Below are positions 1 through 11,977 of a stretch of DNA of 64,000 nucleotides, piece after piece. Location: contig NC_043004.1 of NCBI RefSeq assembly GCF_006345805.1, positions 78,926,001-78,990,000 on the forward strand, given 5' to 3'. The stretch is from Octopus sinensis. Lineage: Eukaryota. Both the position numbers and the translations under genes were made by a program. Every line of letters begins with the position of its first letter. The first letter of the stretch is position 1. The notes beneath the pieces were generated by a model. That model saw nothing but the letters and a program-made list of their open reading frames with translations, did no database searches and was not told the origin of the DNA.

Positions 1-132
1 TATGTATTAGACATTCACTAGTACAACACCCCCCCAAATATATGGCACAGAACTTCCAACCTGTTGTCTCTTGAGGTCTCTGGGTGAGACTTAGAGCCAA
101 CTTGTACAAATATAAAGCAAAAGTCAAACATA

Positions 133-133
<1 letters not shown>
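1..133 (+). mobile_element. 3' UTR of R4/Dong-clade LINE, subfamily A (cut by window start)
   Basis: Matches 3' UTR at 860-1006 (gaggtctctgggtgagactt...gcaaaagtcaaaca); followed by (AAT)n. Confidence 0.8.
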
Positions 134-196
<63 letters not shown>

Positions 197-576
197 TCCT
201 AATAATAGACATAGCAGTGCCAGAAGATCGACATATCATCATGAAAGAAAGAGAAAAGGTTGATAAATAGGGAGACCTGAGAATTGAGATCGCTAAGATG
301 TGGCAGCTACGAGAGTCGGGCATAAAGGTTATCCCTATTGTCATCGGAGCATTGGGTTCAAAACCACCCAATCTGGAAAAAAAATATCTGAAAACCACAG
401 AGATACCCTACAATCTAGGTGTATTGCAAAAGTCGGTATTAATTGGAACTGCACGCATATTGCGTAAAGTATTGTCTGTCTGAGGTCCTTGCAGTGACTT
501 GACAGACAGTACAAATTCCCGGTAGACACAATATCTTCAATTAACAACCTCACGATATTGTATACTGTGCAATGTC
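197..576 (+). mobile_element. 5'-truncated R4/Dong-clade LINE, subfamily C (RLE C-terminus + 3' UTR)
   Basis: LIIDIAVPEDRHIIMKEREKVDK*GDLRIEIAKMW...IPIVIGALG...QKSVLIGTARILRKVLSV*; restriction-like endonuclease C-terminus, one premature stop. Confidence 0.85.
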
Positions 577-592
577 AATAATAATAATAATA

Positions 593-639
<47 letters not shown>

Positions 640-658
640 AATAATAATAATAATAATA

Positions 659-700
<42 letters not shown>

Positions 701-701
<1 letters not shown>

Positions 702-1005
702 TCAGATACCAGGAAACCCCAAAATGGCAGAAATTCAAAAGATAGTGCTCATGGGAACTGCTCATATCCTACGCAAAATACTTTCTATGTAATCTCAAGG
801 TTTAAAACAAACATAATTTTCGGTTTAAAAAAAAAAAATTAAAAAAAAAATTTTTTTTAGACATTCATTAGTACAACACCCCCACCCCCCAAATATATGG
901 CACACTAGGCATAACAACAACATGAACTTCCAACCCCGTTGTCTCTTGAGGTCTCTGGGTGAGACTTGGAGCCAACTTGTACAAATATAAAGCAAAAGTC
1001 AAACA

Positions 1006-1006
<1 letters not shown>
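701..1006 (+). mobile_element. 5'-truncated R4/Dong-clade LINE, subfamily A
   Basis: QIPGNPKMAEIQKIVLMGTAHILRKILSM* then 3' UTR like 1-133. Confidence 0.85.
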
Positions 1007-1068
<62 letters not shown>

Positions 1069-1077
1069 TGATAATAA

Positions 1078-2145
1078 CTGAGGACAAGATGTTACAATTC
1101 GTCTTAAAACATGAAAACAAGAAAATGTCATTCTCGGTAATAAAACAAGTAAAGAAATATGGAAGTGAATTCCAAATACAACAAATCCCAGAATTAAGCG
1201 TACTGGAAACAAGCATAGAAAAAGCTAAGGGTATGAAAACCTTTGCTAAAACCACTGTTTTAGATATTCTTACTGATAAATGGCAAGAAAAACCACTCAA
1301 TGGCAAATAACCAAAGGGAGCTAATGATGCCGATGTTGACAAAGCTCTTACTCATCAATGTTTAGTGTCTTCTGGCTTAAAATCAGAAGAAAAAAAAAAG
1401 GATTTATCATAGCGGCCCAAGACCAATGCCTACCTAGAAGGAGCTACCAGGCCAGCATCTTAAAGAACGGCAGCAGCCCAGCATGTGTATGTAAACAACA
1501 AAATAAAACCATCGATCATGTTGTCTCCATGTATAGTCTTCTTGCGCCTAGAGAGTTTCTCGACAGACACGATAGAGCAGCACAGTATATTCACTGGGTC
1601 ATTTGCAAAGACTTGGGCCCGCCCCATGATAAAAACTGGTGACAACACAAACCACCGCCAATGCTTGAAGTTTACCTTTGGAAGTTTACCATTCAAACTA
1701 ACAGAAAGATAGATGCGAATAGGCCAGACATTATATTGAAAGATTTCAGACAAAAATCATGCCTCCTCATTGATATGACTGTTCCAATCGACATAAATGT
1801 ATCTTTCAAGACCTACCAAAAACTAAGCAAGTATAAAGATCTTGAAATAGACATTGGCAAAATGTGGAACCTGAAGACTAAAACAATGTCTGTTGCCATA
1901 GGTGCCCTAGGAATTATAGTAAAAGGTGCTGATTGCTACCTATCTCAGATATCAGGAAAACCCAAAATGGAAGAAATTAAAAAAATAGCGCTGATGGGAA
2001 TTACTCATATCATAAGAAAGATATTGTCGATGCAATCCCCAAAACATTTTAATCTGTAAACAATATGAAAATACTTTAGAATGTACATAATAGCAAATAC
2101 CTTTTACTGTCAACTTGTACAAATACAAAGCAAAAAAACCAAACG

Positions 2146-2146
<1 letters not shown>
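1078..2146 (+). mobile_element. 5'-truncated R4/Dong-clade LINE, subfamily A (zinc knuckle + RLE, disrupted)
   Basis: KPLNGK*, GFIIAAQDQ, C-x-C...HVVS (degenerate CCHC), RHD, ANRPDI...LIDMTVP...KLSKYKDL...IGALG; stop and frameshifts. Confidence 0.9.
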
Positions 2147-2214
<68 letters not shown>

Positions 2215-2215
<1 letters not shown>

Positions 2216-2448
2216 TGCATTAGGCATGATAAAAAAATATTCAGACAAATACATAACAAAAACACCAGGACTTACAAACACATATAACATACAGAAAATT
2301 GCACTACTAGGCACTGCACACATCCTACGCAGAACACTTTCCATACAATAACCATCAGAGCATCACAACAAATCACAGCACATACCCAAGGCACACAGAG
2401 CTGCGCTCGGTAGTGAAATGAAAGCACGCTATAAAAATAAAACTACTG
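2215..2448 (+). mobile_element. 234-bp 3' fragment of R4/Dong-clade LINE, subfamily B
   Basis: ALGMIKKYSDKY...QKIALLGTAHILRRTLSIQ* + UTR; homologous to 19443-19673. Confidence 0.9.
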
Positions 2449-2464
2449 AATAATAATAATAATA

Positions 2465-2501
<37 letters not shown>

Positions 2502-2502
<1 letters not shown>

Positions 2503-2732
2503 TGCATTAGGCATGATAAAAAAATATTCAGACAAATACATAACAAAAACACCAGGACTTGAAAACACATATAACATACAGAAAATTGCACTACTAGGCA
2601 CTGCACACATCCTACGCAGAACACTTTCCATACAATAACCATCAGAGCATCACAACAAATCACAGCACATACCCAAGGCAGACAGAGCTGCGCTCGGTAG
2701 TGAAGTGAAAGCACGCTATAAAAATAAAACTA

Positions 2733-2735
<3 letters not shown>
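2502..2735 (+). mobile_element. Second 234-bp subfamily B fragment with the same 5' breakpoint
   Basis: About 4 substitutions vs 2215-2448. Confidence 0.9.
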
Positions 2736-2811
<76 letters not shown>

Positions 2812-3409
2812 TGATGAAACACTAAAAATGTGAAGCACTTTTTCATGAAGTGCACGTGGAACACCGAGAAAACATACAATAAGATATTGTTCATTCTCTA
2901 TACGTTTTGGCAGGCTGCAACGCTGTTGCGTTTCATCATCGGAGAATATCTCCCTTTAGACGATGTGTGTCCATAACACATGCGATTCATCTACGTAAAA
3001 GGACTTCGAGATGCCACGGTGTTTCGACCGTCTTGCGTATCTTTTCAATCTAACAATAGTACTGTTTACTGTTTATACAAATCAGCAAACATACTGTTTA
3101 CTGATGCCTGCCGAACAACTAATAACATGAGATTTACGCAAAAAAGCATATCCAACCAACGACATACCCATCTATTTGCATTCACCAGCAAATAATCCCT
3201 GGTGAAGTAACTTTGACTGAGTAGACGCACAATGTGGGCGAAACATTGCGGTGTCTCAAAGTTCCCTTACACTGAAGAATGGCGCGTGGTATGAACTCTT
3301 GGAATGACATGTATATGTATAAAAGACAAAGCATATAGGCAACGAATTGCATGCCTGAATCCATGGATGTGTGTGCACATACATATGCATAAACTTGTAT
3401 ATAATGCGC

Positions 3410-3453
<44 letters not shown>

Positions 3454-3466
3454 TATATATATATAG

Positions 3467-3518
<52 letters not shown>

Positions 3519-3554
3519 GTATGCATGTAAGTATAAGTATAGGTATGTGCATAG

Positions 3555-3781
3555 GCGACGAGCTGGCAGAATCGTTAGCACGCCGGGTGAAATGCGTAGC
3601 CGTATTTCGTCTGCCGTTACGTTCTGAGTTCAAATTCCGCCGAGGTCGACTTTGCCTTTCATCCTTTCGGGGTCGATAGATAAAGTACCAGTTACGTACT
3701 GGTGTCGATGTAATCGACTTAATCCGTTTGTCTGTCCTTGTTTGTCCTCTCTGTGTTTAGCCCCTTGTGGGTAGTAAAGAA
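3555..3781 (+). mobile_element. tRNA-type SINE S1, full length
   Basis: A-box-like TGGCAGAATCGTTAG, B-box GAGTTCAAATTCC, tail gtagtaaagaa; 16-bp TSD ataggtatgtgcatag (3539-3554, 3782-3797). Confidence 0.9.
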
Positions 3782-3862
3782 ATAGGTATGTGCATAGTTG
3801 CATACTTCTAAGCTTGAAACCGGCTCCTTCTCCCTTGGGGAAAAATGGAAACTAAACCTACG

Positions 3863-3912
<50 letters not shown>

Positions 3913-4555
3913 AGTGTATGTTAATGTGTAAATATGTGTTTATACGTGCTTATTTGTGACCGTGTGACCATGTACTGTACGTATGTGCACACCTAGAAAA
4001 ATTTTAAATATCATTTGTCTCTGGCTGTGTTTGTGTGTGCGAATGTGTGTGATTTGTGTGCGTGTGTGTGTACGTGCATGTGTGTGTGTGCCTATTCGAA
4101 CTGACTAGTACAGTCATATAAGTAAATACCACAGCTCCCCCGCCTCCTATGTCCACCTAGACAAAAACTATGTAACACACCTGCCACCAATGTTTGACAA
4201 GCATTGAAAGTAAAACTACTTCTTCCATTTCTTCCACGACTATTAAATTATACACTCTTATCTCTTCCATCATTTTAATAACAATAACAAAAATCTCGTA
4301 TAAAATATTATTGTTTCCTTTTTCTCTTCCTTTCATATTTTGTTTCATTTCGTTTTTCGCCTTATTTGTTCCGTTCTATCTTCGTCGCTCAAACGAAAAC
4401 ACATTATCGGTCGGCAAAAATGACTTCTTCCTTTAGGAATAGTTTCCCCGTCACCGAATTTAAGACTGCGGTGGGTTTGTTTAGAATTGCTTATTTATTG
4501 TAATGACTTAATTTTTCAATAGCATTAATTAAGTTACATATATATTCTTTTGTTA

Positions 4556-4933
4556 TTTTATTTGTTTCAGTCATTTGACTGCGGCCATGCTGGAGCACCA
4601 CTTTTAGTCGAACAAATCGACCCCAGGACTTTGTAAGCCTAGTACTTATTCTTTCGGTCTCTTTTGCCGAACCGCTAAGTTACGGGGACGTAAACACACC
4701 AATATCGGTTGTCAAGCGAAGGTGGGGGAGCAAACACAGACACATAAACACACACACACACACATGCATATATAACGGGCTATTTTCAGTTTTCGCCTAC
4801 CAAATCCACTCACAAGGCTCTGATTGACCCGAGGTTATAGTAGAACACACTTGCCCAAGGTGCCACACAGTGGAACTGAACCCGGAATCATGTGGTTGGA
4901 AAGCAAGCTTTTTACCACATCGCCACGCTGCGC
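4556..4933 (-). mobile_element. tRNA-type SINE S2, full length, internal (CA)n
   Basis: Homologous to 45345-45851, 49070-49545, 59487-59880. Confidence 0.9.
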
Positions 4934-5137
4934 TTATATGACGGGTACTTTATTTTATCAATGGAAAGCAACGTTAATTTCAGTAAAATTTGAACTCACT
5001 TTTAATTTCTGATTGAGACAAAGGCCAGCAGGTAAAAAGGGGAGGGTTCTGTCGATGCCATCGATCCCAATATTTGATTTCTAGTTTATTTTATCAACTG
5101 CAAAGGTGAAGTTGACATTCACAGGATTTGAACTACG

Positions 5138-5241
5138 AGGCTATAGTATAAGACACTTGCCCAAAGTGTCAGGCAATGGGACTGAACCCGGAACCGTGTG
5201 GTTGGTAAGCAAGCTGCTTACCACACAGCCACTCCTGCGCC
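5138..5241 (-). mobile_element. SINE S2 head fragment
   Basis: Matches 4830-4933. Confidence 0.75.
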
Positions 5242-5510
5242 TATGGTCAATAACAATTTACTCCATCTGGAGAGATGCAGCTACTTGTAAATTGAGGTTC
5301 ATCTTCAATCTCTCCTGATTCAAAGTTTTTCTTTTCTTTTTCATAGTTTATTCAGAGAGGAAAGGACAGCACCTGTTAAAAAGATTAGTGTCATATCTCA
5401 TTTGTAGGTACTAAATGACAAATCCCTTACTTGAAAAATGAGAGGTGAGGGTTAGCAAGCAGTAAAAACGACATTTGTCTGTAAAACAATATCTAATAAC
5501 ACGTGCGGAT

Positions 5511-5723
5511 AAGGCGGCGAGCTGGCAGAATAGTTTGCACGCCGGGTGAAATGCTTAGCGGCATTTCGTCCATATCTACGTCCTGAGTTCAAATTTCACC
5601 GGGGTCGACTGTGTCTTTCATCCTTTGGGAGTCGATGAAATAAGTACCAGTTGAGCACTGGGCTCGATGTAATCGACTTACGCTCTACCCAAAATTGCTG
5701 GCCTTGTGCCAAAATTTGAAACC
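5511..5723 (+). mobile_element. SINE S1 (tail variant ...ccttgtgccaaaatttgaaacc)
   Basis: Homology to other S1 copies. Confidence 0.85.
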
Positions 5724-6682
5724 AATAATAGGTGCGGTGTTTTTTTAGAAATATAAACTAGATAATACATTGAACTTTAATGTTCCTTAGATATCACTAG
5801 TGTTTTTGTTTTTAGCCAAAAGGGAGTTGATTCGCAACATTGGCGTCCCCCTAGGTTGGATGAAGTCTCTCATACTTTTCCTCATGAACATCAGCGACCT
5901 GCTTACTATCACTTCTAACAACTTTCATTTCTTTGTAGATGACATAAATCGTTACTCCTTTTTAACTTTCGCCAGCCATATATGACCGAGACACTTCGTA
6001 CTAAATATGTGATTCCTTCACAGCATGGACCTCAAAACTGTTCAATACTCACCCATCAAACAAGGTGCTACTGCTATACACACGACGAATATCACATCCA
6101 AATGACGGTCATCCAGATGATTGGTAAATAATCATCAACACACTATTATTCCTGGCCCACAATTTCCATTTCCTCTCTATTCTGTAGCAATCATAACAGT
6201 TTTTACCTTCTAATCTTCCATTAGCAAGCAGGGAAGGCAACCAATGCACGAATGTTTAGCTGTTGCCATCGTTTTTGTTATTTCATATATTTTTGACTTA
6301 AGATGCATATTTGAGATTCGAGCCATGAATCTGCAAAATCGCTCGACTTGCTTGAAATAGCAGAATAATGGTTTTCAAATTACACCTCACTGTCGTGCAA
6401 ATGGAAGCACAAGTCAAAAATGTAATCCTACATATTCATAGTCTGAGCTTGTGTTGGAATAGTTACAACCAGCACACCTATGATCATAAATCTATTCACA
6501 CAAGGCTGACCTCTGTACTAAATAACAACATAATTATCTGATCCAATCTGGTATATTACTCTTTCTCTCTCTCTTTCTCTGTCTGTCTGTCTGTCTCTCT
6601 GTCTGTCTGTCTGTCTCTCTGTCTGTCTCTCTCTCTCTCCCTCTCTTACTTTTACTACATCGGATATAATATTGGATAATCT

Positions 6683-7088
6683 AAGGCGGCAAACTGGCAG
6701 AAACGTTAGCACGCCGGGCGAAACGTGTAGCCGTATTTCGTCTGCCGTTACGTTCTGAGTTCAAATTCCGCCGAGGTCGACTTTACCTTTCATCCTTTCG
6801 GGGTCGATAAATTAAGTACCAGTTGCGCACTGGGGTCGATATAATCGACTTAATCCGTGTGTCTGTCCTTGTTTGTTTCCTCTGTGTTTAGCCCCTTGTA
6901 GGTAGTAAAGAAATGGGTATTTCGTCTGTCTTTACGTTCTGAGTTCAAATTTCGCCGAGGTCGACTTTGCCTTTAATCCTTTCAGGGTCGATAAATTAAG
7001 CACCAATTACGTACGGGGGTCGATGTAATCGACTGGCCCCCACCTCTCCAAAAATTTCGGGCCTTGTGCTTAGAGTAGAAAAGAATAT
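6683..7088 (+). mobile_element. SINE S1 dimer (one head, two bodies)
   Basis: Full copy 6683-6914 joined at ggtatttcgtc to a headless copy 6915-7088. Confidence 0.85.
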
Positions 7089-7860
7089 TTGATATCTGTA
7101 TTATAAAAAATTACTAAAGTTAAATCGAATGATTTGTGAATATAAGAAGTTACATCATTCTTACAATATTATTTACTTAGCAGCACACGTTCGCAATGAA
7201 AACATTTGAAATACACTGTATTTAGTCTACGTTATTTCAAAGCTTTATTCAACGTATTCATTGCTAAACCAACTTTGATGTGAAGATATGTGGTGGATCT
7301 AAAAGTCTTTACTAACAATAAAACAGGAGACATCTGCATACTGGCTATATTCATGGCTTGAATGTTTAGATACACACGAAATACGTAAGCAGTATCTATT
7401 TGAATCTCCCACGGTTCTCTCACGACAGGAACGCGTGGTGGGAATGTTACGATCGGGGATCGTTTGTTTGTTGTTGTTGTGAAACACAAAAGAAAACGTC
7501 CATATGATGATTTTACAATAACAGAGGTTGTGGCAAGTTAATGTGACTTGCGTTTTTCTCTGAACAAAAAGAACAAAAAATCGTTGCTTTTTACTTATTA
7601 TATAATACTCCCTGAATTAATTCAAATTGAATTGGGTTTTTTTTTTAGAATCGTGTTACAGAATTAAACTACATATGAGCTTTAGCTGGAATTTAAATGT
7701 AGGATTAATATTTTAACCACGAGAGGATTAAATAGTGTTAAAAAAGCTTAGTATTTCATCTGATTTGTGCTTGTTAAATAACAAATCACTTATTTGAAAA
7801 CTAAAAGATGAGGGTTAGCGATAGAAAGGACAGACGATGTATAAAGATGATTCGTGTATG

Positions 7861-7898
<38 letters not shown>

Positions 7899-7903
7899 TA
7901 TCT

Positions 7904-7967
7904 GAAAGAAGGTTTGAAAATGCAATTTTAAAGATATCTTTGAAATTGCATTTTCAAACCTTCTTTC
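7904..7967. repeat. 64-bp near-perfect palindrome
   Basis: gaaagaaggtttgaaaatgcaattttaaagat|atctttgaaattgcattttcaaaccttctttc; 32-bp arms, 1 mismatch, no loop. Confidence 0.95.
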
Positions 7968-8104
7968 TGATATAATTTTCACTCGTGCGGTATCTTACAA
8001 CTTTTCTTTGCTTTATATATATATTATTATATTATATATAATATATATATATTATATATATATATAATAACAAAGTAAAGTTTAAGATACCGCACGTGTA
8101 GAAA

Positions 8105-8162
<58 letters not shown>

Positions 8163-8196
8163 TAATGGCTAGCATTTAAAGGTTAAATTTATAAAA

Positions 8197-8689
8197 AACT
8201 TATAAAATAAGAGCAAAAGAAAAATTCTAATGCAAATATGCCGAAATTTGACAAATTGTCAATCACCATTATAATTTATGCGTCTCGAAACAAGCCGATA
8301 GAAATTTCTAAAAAATTCCGTTATTACCTTATTGGTCCCAATTTCAAAGTTAATTCATAAGAATTTTCTTCTCCTCAGCGATAAATACGTAAGACATAAA
8401 TGAAATACTTACTCATACTCATGGGAAAAAGTAAGCACTAAGTCTTGAGCAGATCTAAGTACCCCAAATATATCCAAAATAGAAAATCTTCAGCACATCT
8501 CGAGACACGTGTGATTCGAACTAGAAAATTTCTCAGAGTGAGAGAGTCCGGAAGTGAACACTATTAAATTTACATCTAATGTAGGATAAAAAAAAGTTCG
8601 AGACGCATAAATTATAATGGTGATTGACAATTTGTCAAATTTCGGCATATTTGGCATTAGAATTTTCTTTTGTCCTTATTTTATAAGTT
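8197..8689. repeat. Inverted repeat, arms about 93 bp (8197-8289 / 8597-8689), spacer about 307 bp
   Basis: Arms read directly; flanked by (TA)n. Confidence 0.9.
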
Positions 8690-8693
8690 ATAT

Positions 8694-8724
<31 letters not shown>

Positions 8725-8761
8725 CACATACACGAATATATATACCTCGTCCGTTTTTCTT

Positions 8762-8794
<33 letters not shown>

Positions 8795-8986
8795 ACATCT
8801 CTGTAGTAGATATGTAAACGACAACTTAACTATTTCCCCACAGATTGAAAAGTTTATGAACAACCTTTATCGACTTTCGAACCTTATTGAGCTTTCATCA
8901 GAGGTGTTTACATCAATTTGATCAATCCCATAGAAATAAGCAACCAATTTGTTTATATACTCAACAAATCAAGGAGTCAAAGGACT

Positions 8987-9057
8987 CCTACTACTACTAC
9001 TACTACTACTAACTACTACTACTACTATAATATAACTACTGCTGCTGCTGCTGCTTT

Positions 9058-9102
<45 letters not shown>

Positions 9103-9135
9103 TTACTAGTAGTAGTAAGAGGAGGAGGAAGAGGA
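8987..9135. repeat. Compound trinucleotide microsatellite (CTA)n/(CTG)n/(GAG)n
   Basis: Direct reading. Confidence 0.9.
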
Positions 9136-9352
9136 GTAATAATCCTACTGTGGACAGCTGATACTTTTCCACATATAAGGTGAGAGTTTTCCTCAAATAA
9201 TATTGTTGTTGTTGTTGTATATCCAAAATAATAAGATATAAACTGCAATAAGTGTGAACATTTTAGTGCATTGTATAACACTCTAAACACTTTTAAAACC
9301 ACTTTATAGACATACATATATACATATATACATGCATGCATACATACATGCA

Positions 9353-9411
<59 letters not shown>

Positions 9412-10068
9412 TTTGGTACTTTGATACTTTGATAGGTTTCGGCCATTATTGGCCCAGGCCATGTCTAACTTAATTAAACTATAGATTTTCTTTTGAATCT
9501 AGAACCAGAACTGTAAGTTACTACGTTTCGTATACGAATACGTCTACTTAATTAATGAGATCGATGGTAGAAAAAGTAGGTAATAAGTGTACATGCATAT
9601 TTCAAGAGTTATTGCTATCTCATCAGCTCTACACCCAATCGGTCAATTATCCACTAAGTTTAGCGGTGTAACACTATTGGATTGACCAATTTACAAATCT
9701 ATAGTTTATCACCTAAAAATGAGAATGTCACACTGATAACACAAAAAGGTAGGACACAATATTGACTTATAAACCATTAATATACTTGTTATTTCTTTTG
9801 TTTATGGGAAAAATGGAAAAATAAGAATCAATATTTATTTTATGAGTGCTGTGTATTAAGTCTATTTTATGCATAAAGTAGTGTATATATATATATATAC
9901 ATAAAGTGCATTAAATAATCATCGTATTCCTATTACCTTCGCCTTCCAATGATTAGCAGATAAGAGACTATCTTTCCATAGAGACACAACACAGGATACG
10001 CTTTCAGGTTTTTTTAAATAAAGTTTACAGAAATGACCCAATACGTTCACCATTAATTCCGTGAAATA

Positions 10069-10099
<31 letters not shown>

Positions 10100-10122
10100 A
10101 TTATTATTTTATTATTATTATT

Positions 10123-10678
10123 AAGGCGGCGAGGTGGTAGAACTGTTAGCACGCCGGGCGAAATGCTTAGCAGTGGTTCGTCTACCGCTACTTTCTGAGT
10201 TCAAATTCCGCCGAGGTCGACTTTGCCTTTCATCCTTTCGGGGTCAATTAAATAAGTACTAGTTACGCGCTGGGGTCGATGTAATCGACTATTCCTCCTC
10301 CCCCAAATTTCAGGCCTTATGTCTATAATAGAAGGAGTATATATTATTATTATATTATTATTATTATTATTATTATTAAGGCGGCGAGCTGGCAGAATCA
10401 TTAACATACCGGTTAAAATGCTTAGCAGCATATTGTCCGTCTTCACGTTCTGCGTTCAAATTCTGCTGATTTCAACTTTGCTTTTCATTTTTTCAGGGTC
10501 GACAAAAGAAGTACCAGTTGAACACTGGGGATCGATATAATCGACTTAACCCTTTCCTCGAAATTGCGGGCTTTGTGCCGCAATTTGAAATTATAAGTCC
10601 CAGTTATGCACTGAGGTCGATGTAATCGACTAGCCCCCACCCCCAAAGTTTCAGGCCTTGTGCTTTTAGGAGAAACGA

Positions 10679-10679
<1 letters not shown>
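10123..10679 (+). mobile_element. SINE S1 cluster in (TTA)n: 10123-10338, 10378-10591, partial 10595-10679
   Basis: Homology to S1; first two preceded by (TTA)n. Confidence 0.85.
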
Positions 10680-10736
<57 letters not shown>

Positions 10737-10794
10737 GTCATTATCATCATCATCATTATTATTATTACCATTATTATTATTATCATTATCATCA

Positions 10795-10844
<50 letters not shown>

Positions 10845-11520
10845 TTATTATTATCATTATTATTATCAACATCGTGCTATGTTTGATATTTTGTTGTCTG
10901 CTAAACGGTGAAAAAATATAGTTTATGTTTTATTCACTTTATGTACGACCTTTCAAACGAAACGTTTGCAGATCTGAAATCTAAACCCGGTCATCGATTG
11001 ACATAAAATGGAAGAGAGGGGGCGCCACCATTGGCGAGCGATTCTAACCAGAGACTAACCTCTATCATGCAACTGCAGTGATGCATCCGTCAATTATTTG
11101 CAGTATTTCACCCGGAATGTTTTCCATTAGTTTTATTATGCGTTCATTGCTAGTGTATATACATGACTGTAAGTCATAAGCAAATTAAATACAAGTGTAA
11201 CCTAAGCACCAATAGATTACAATATCTCTAATCCTGTTTACGTGACAATCAACCATGATATAATGCTGAATGTTATTTTATTACAATATGTTTTATTTAT
11301 CTTAGTTTTTTAGGCTAACATTATTGGCGAGTTTCGTGGCAGTTTCACATAAGACATCTCGTAATATTTGTAAACACAATTCATCTTGTCCTACCTACAT
11401 TCCTCTCTTATACTAAGCAATTTAAATTGAAAAGCATTCCCTAACGATACTCTACAAGTTATGAGTCATTTGTCGCTTTACTATACCCTTTCTATGATCT
11501 CTAAGATATATATATATATG

Positions 11521-11637
11521 AAGGTAAAAGACTTTTTCTATTCCTGAGCGTTATACTAATACATCTGTTTGTTTTGTACTTTGTACACCACCTGTCTTCG
11601 TCTTTTGTTTTTTCGTAAACTCTCCCTATATATATAT

Positions 11638-11672
<35 letters not shown>

Positions 11673-11905
11673 CTTTATTAAAAAGCAGCACAAATATCAC
11701 AAAAAACTGTTACTCAGAGTTTCACGTCCCCGTTCGTCGAACAGTTTTAATTAGAGTCTAAACAAAACTGAAAGACGAACGGGCACGTGAAACTCTGAGT
11801 AACAGTTTTTTGTGATATTTTTGCTGCTTTTTAATAAAGCATATTACTCTACCTCTGGTGTTCGAGTACTATTTTTTCCACCTTGTTTCGCATTTATGTG
11901 CCTAC
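11521..11905. mobile_element. Probable Penelope-like terminal-repeat cassette with inverted duplication and hammerhead-like motifs
   Basis: 65-bp inverted repeat 11674-11738 / 11774-11838; 11560-11627 homologous to 53428-53505; bounded by (TA)n; family assignment inferred. Confidence 0.55.
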
Positions 11906-11913
11906 TCTGATAT

Positions 11914-11977
<64 letters not shown>

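Larger units (their letters stand above)
134..2810. repeat. Series of (AAT)n tracts separating LINE fragments: 134-196, 577-700 (GAT core), 1007-1077, 2147-2214, 2449-2501, 2736-2810
   Basis: Direct reading. Confidence 0.95.

Noticed and set aside
6051-6181. Minus-strand segment with good acceptor (tgctacag) and donor (G|gtgagta)
   Set aside because: All three frames contain stops; could only be non-coding, no further support
7327-7384. Plus-strand 58-nt AG/GT-bounded segment (ETSAYWLYSWLECLDTHEI)
   Set aside because: Short open frames between splice-like motifs are expected by chance; no partner exon, peptide unrecognised
9436-9465. ggtttcggccatta(t/c)ggcccaggccatg shared with about 57828-57857, with a stem II-GAAAC look
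   Set aside because: CUGANGA strand is missing; recorded only as a short dispersed repeat
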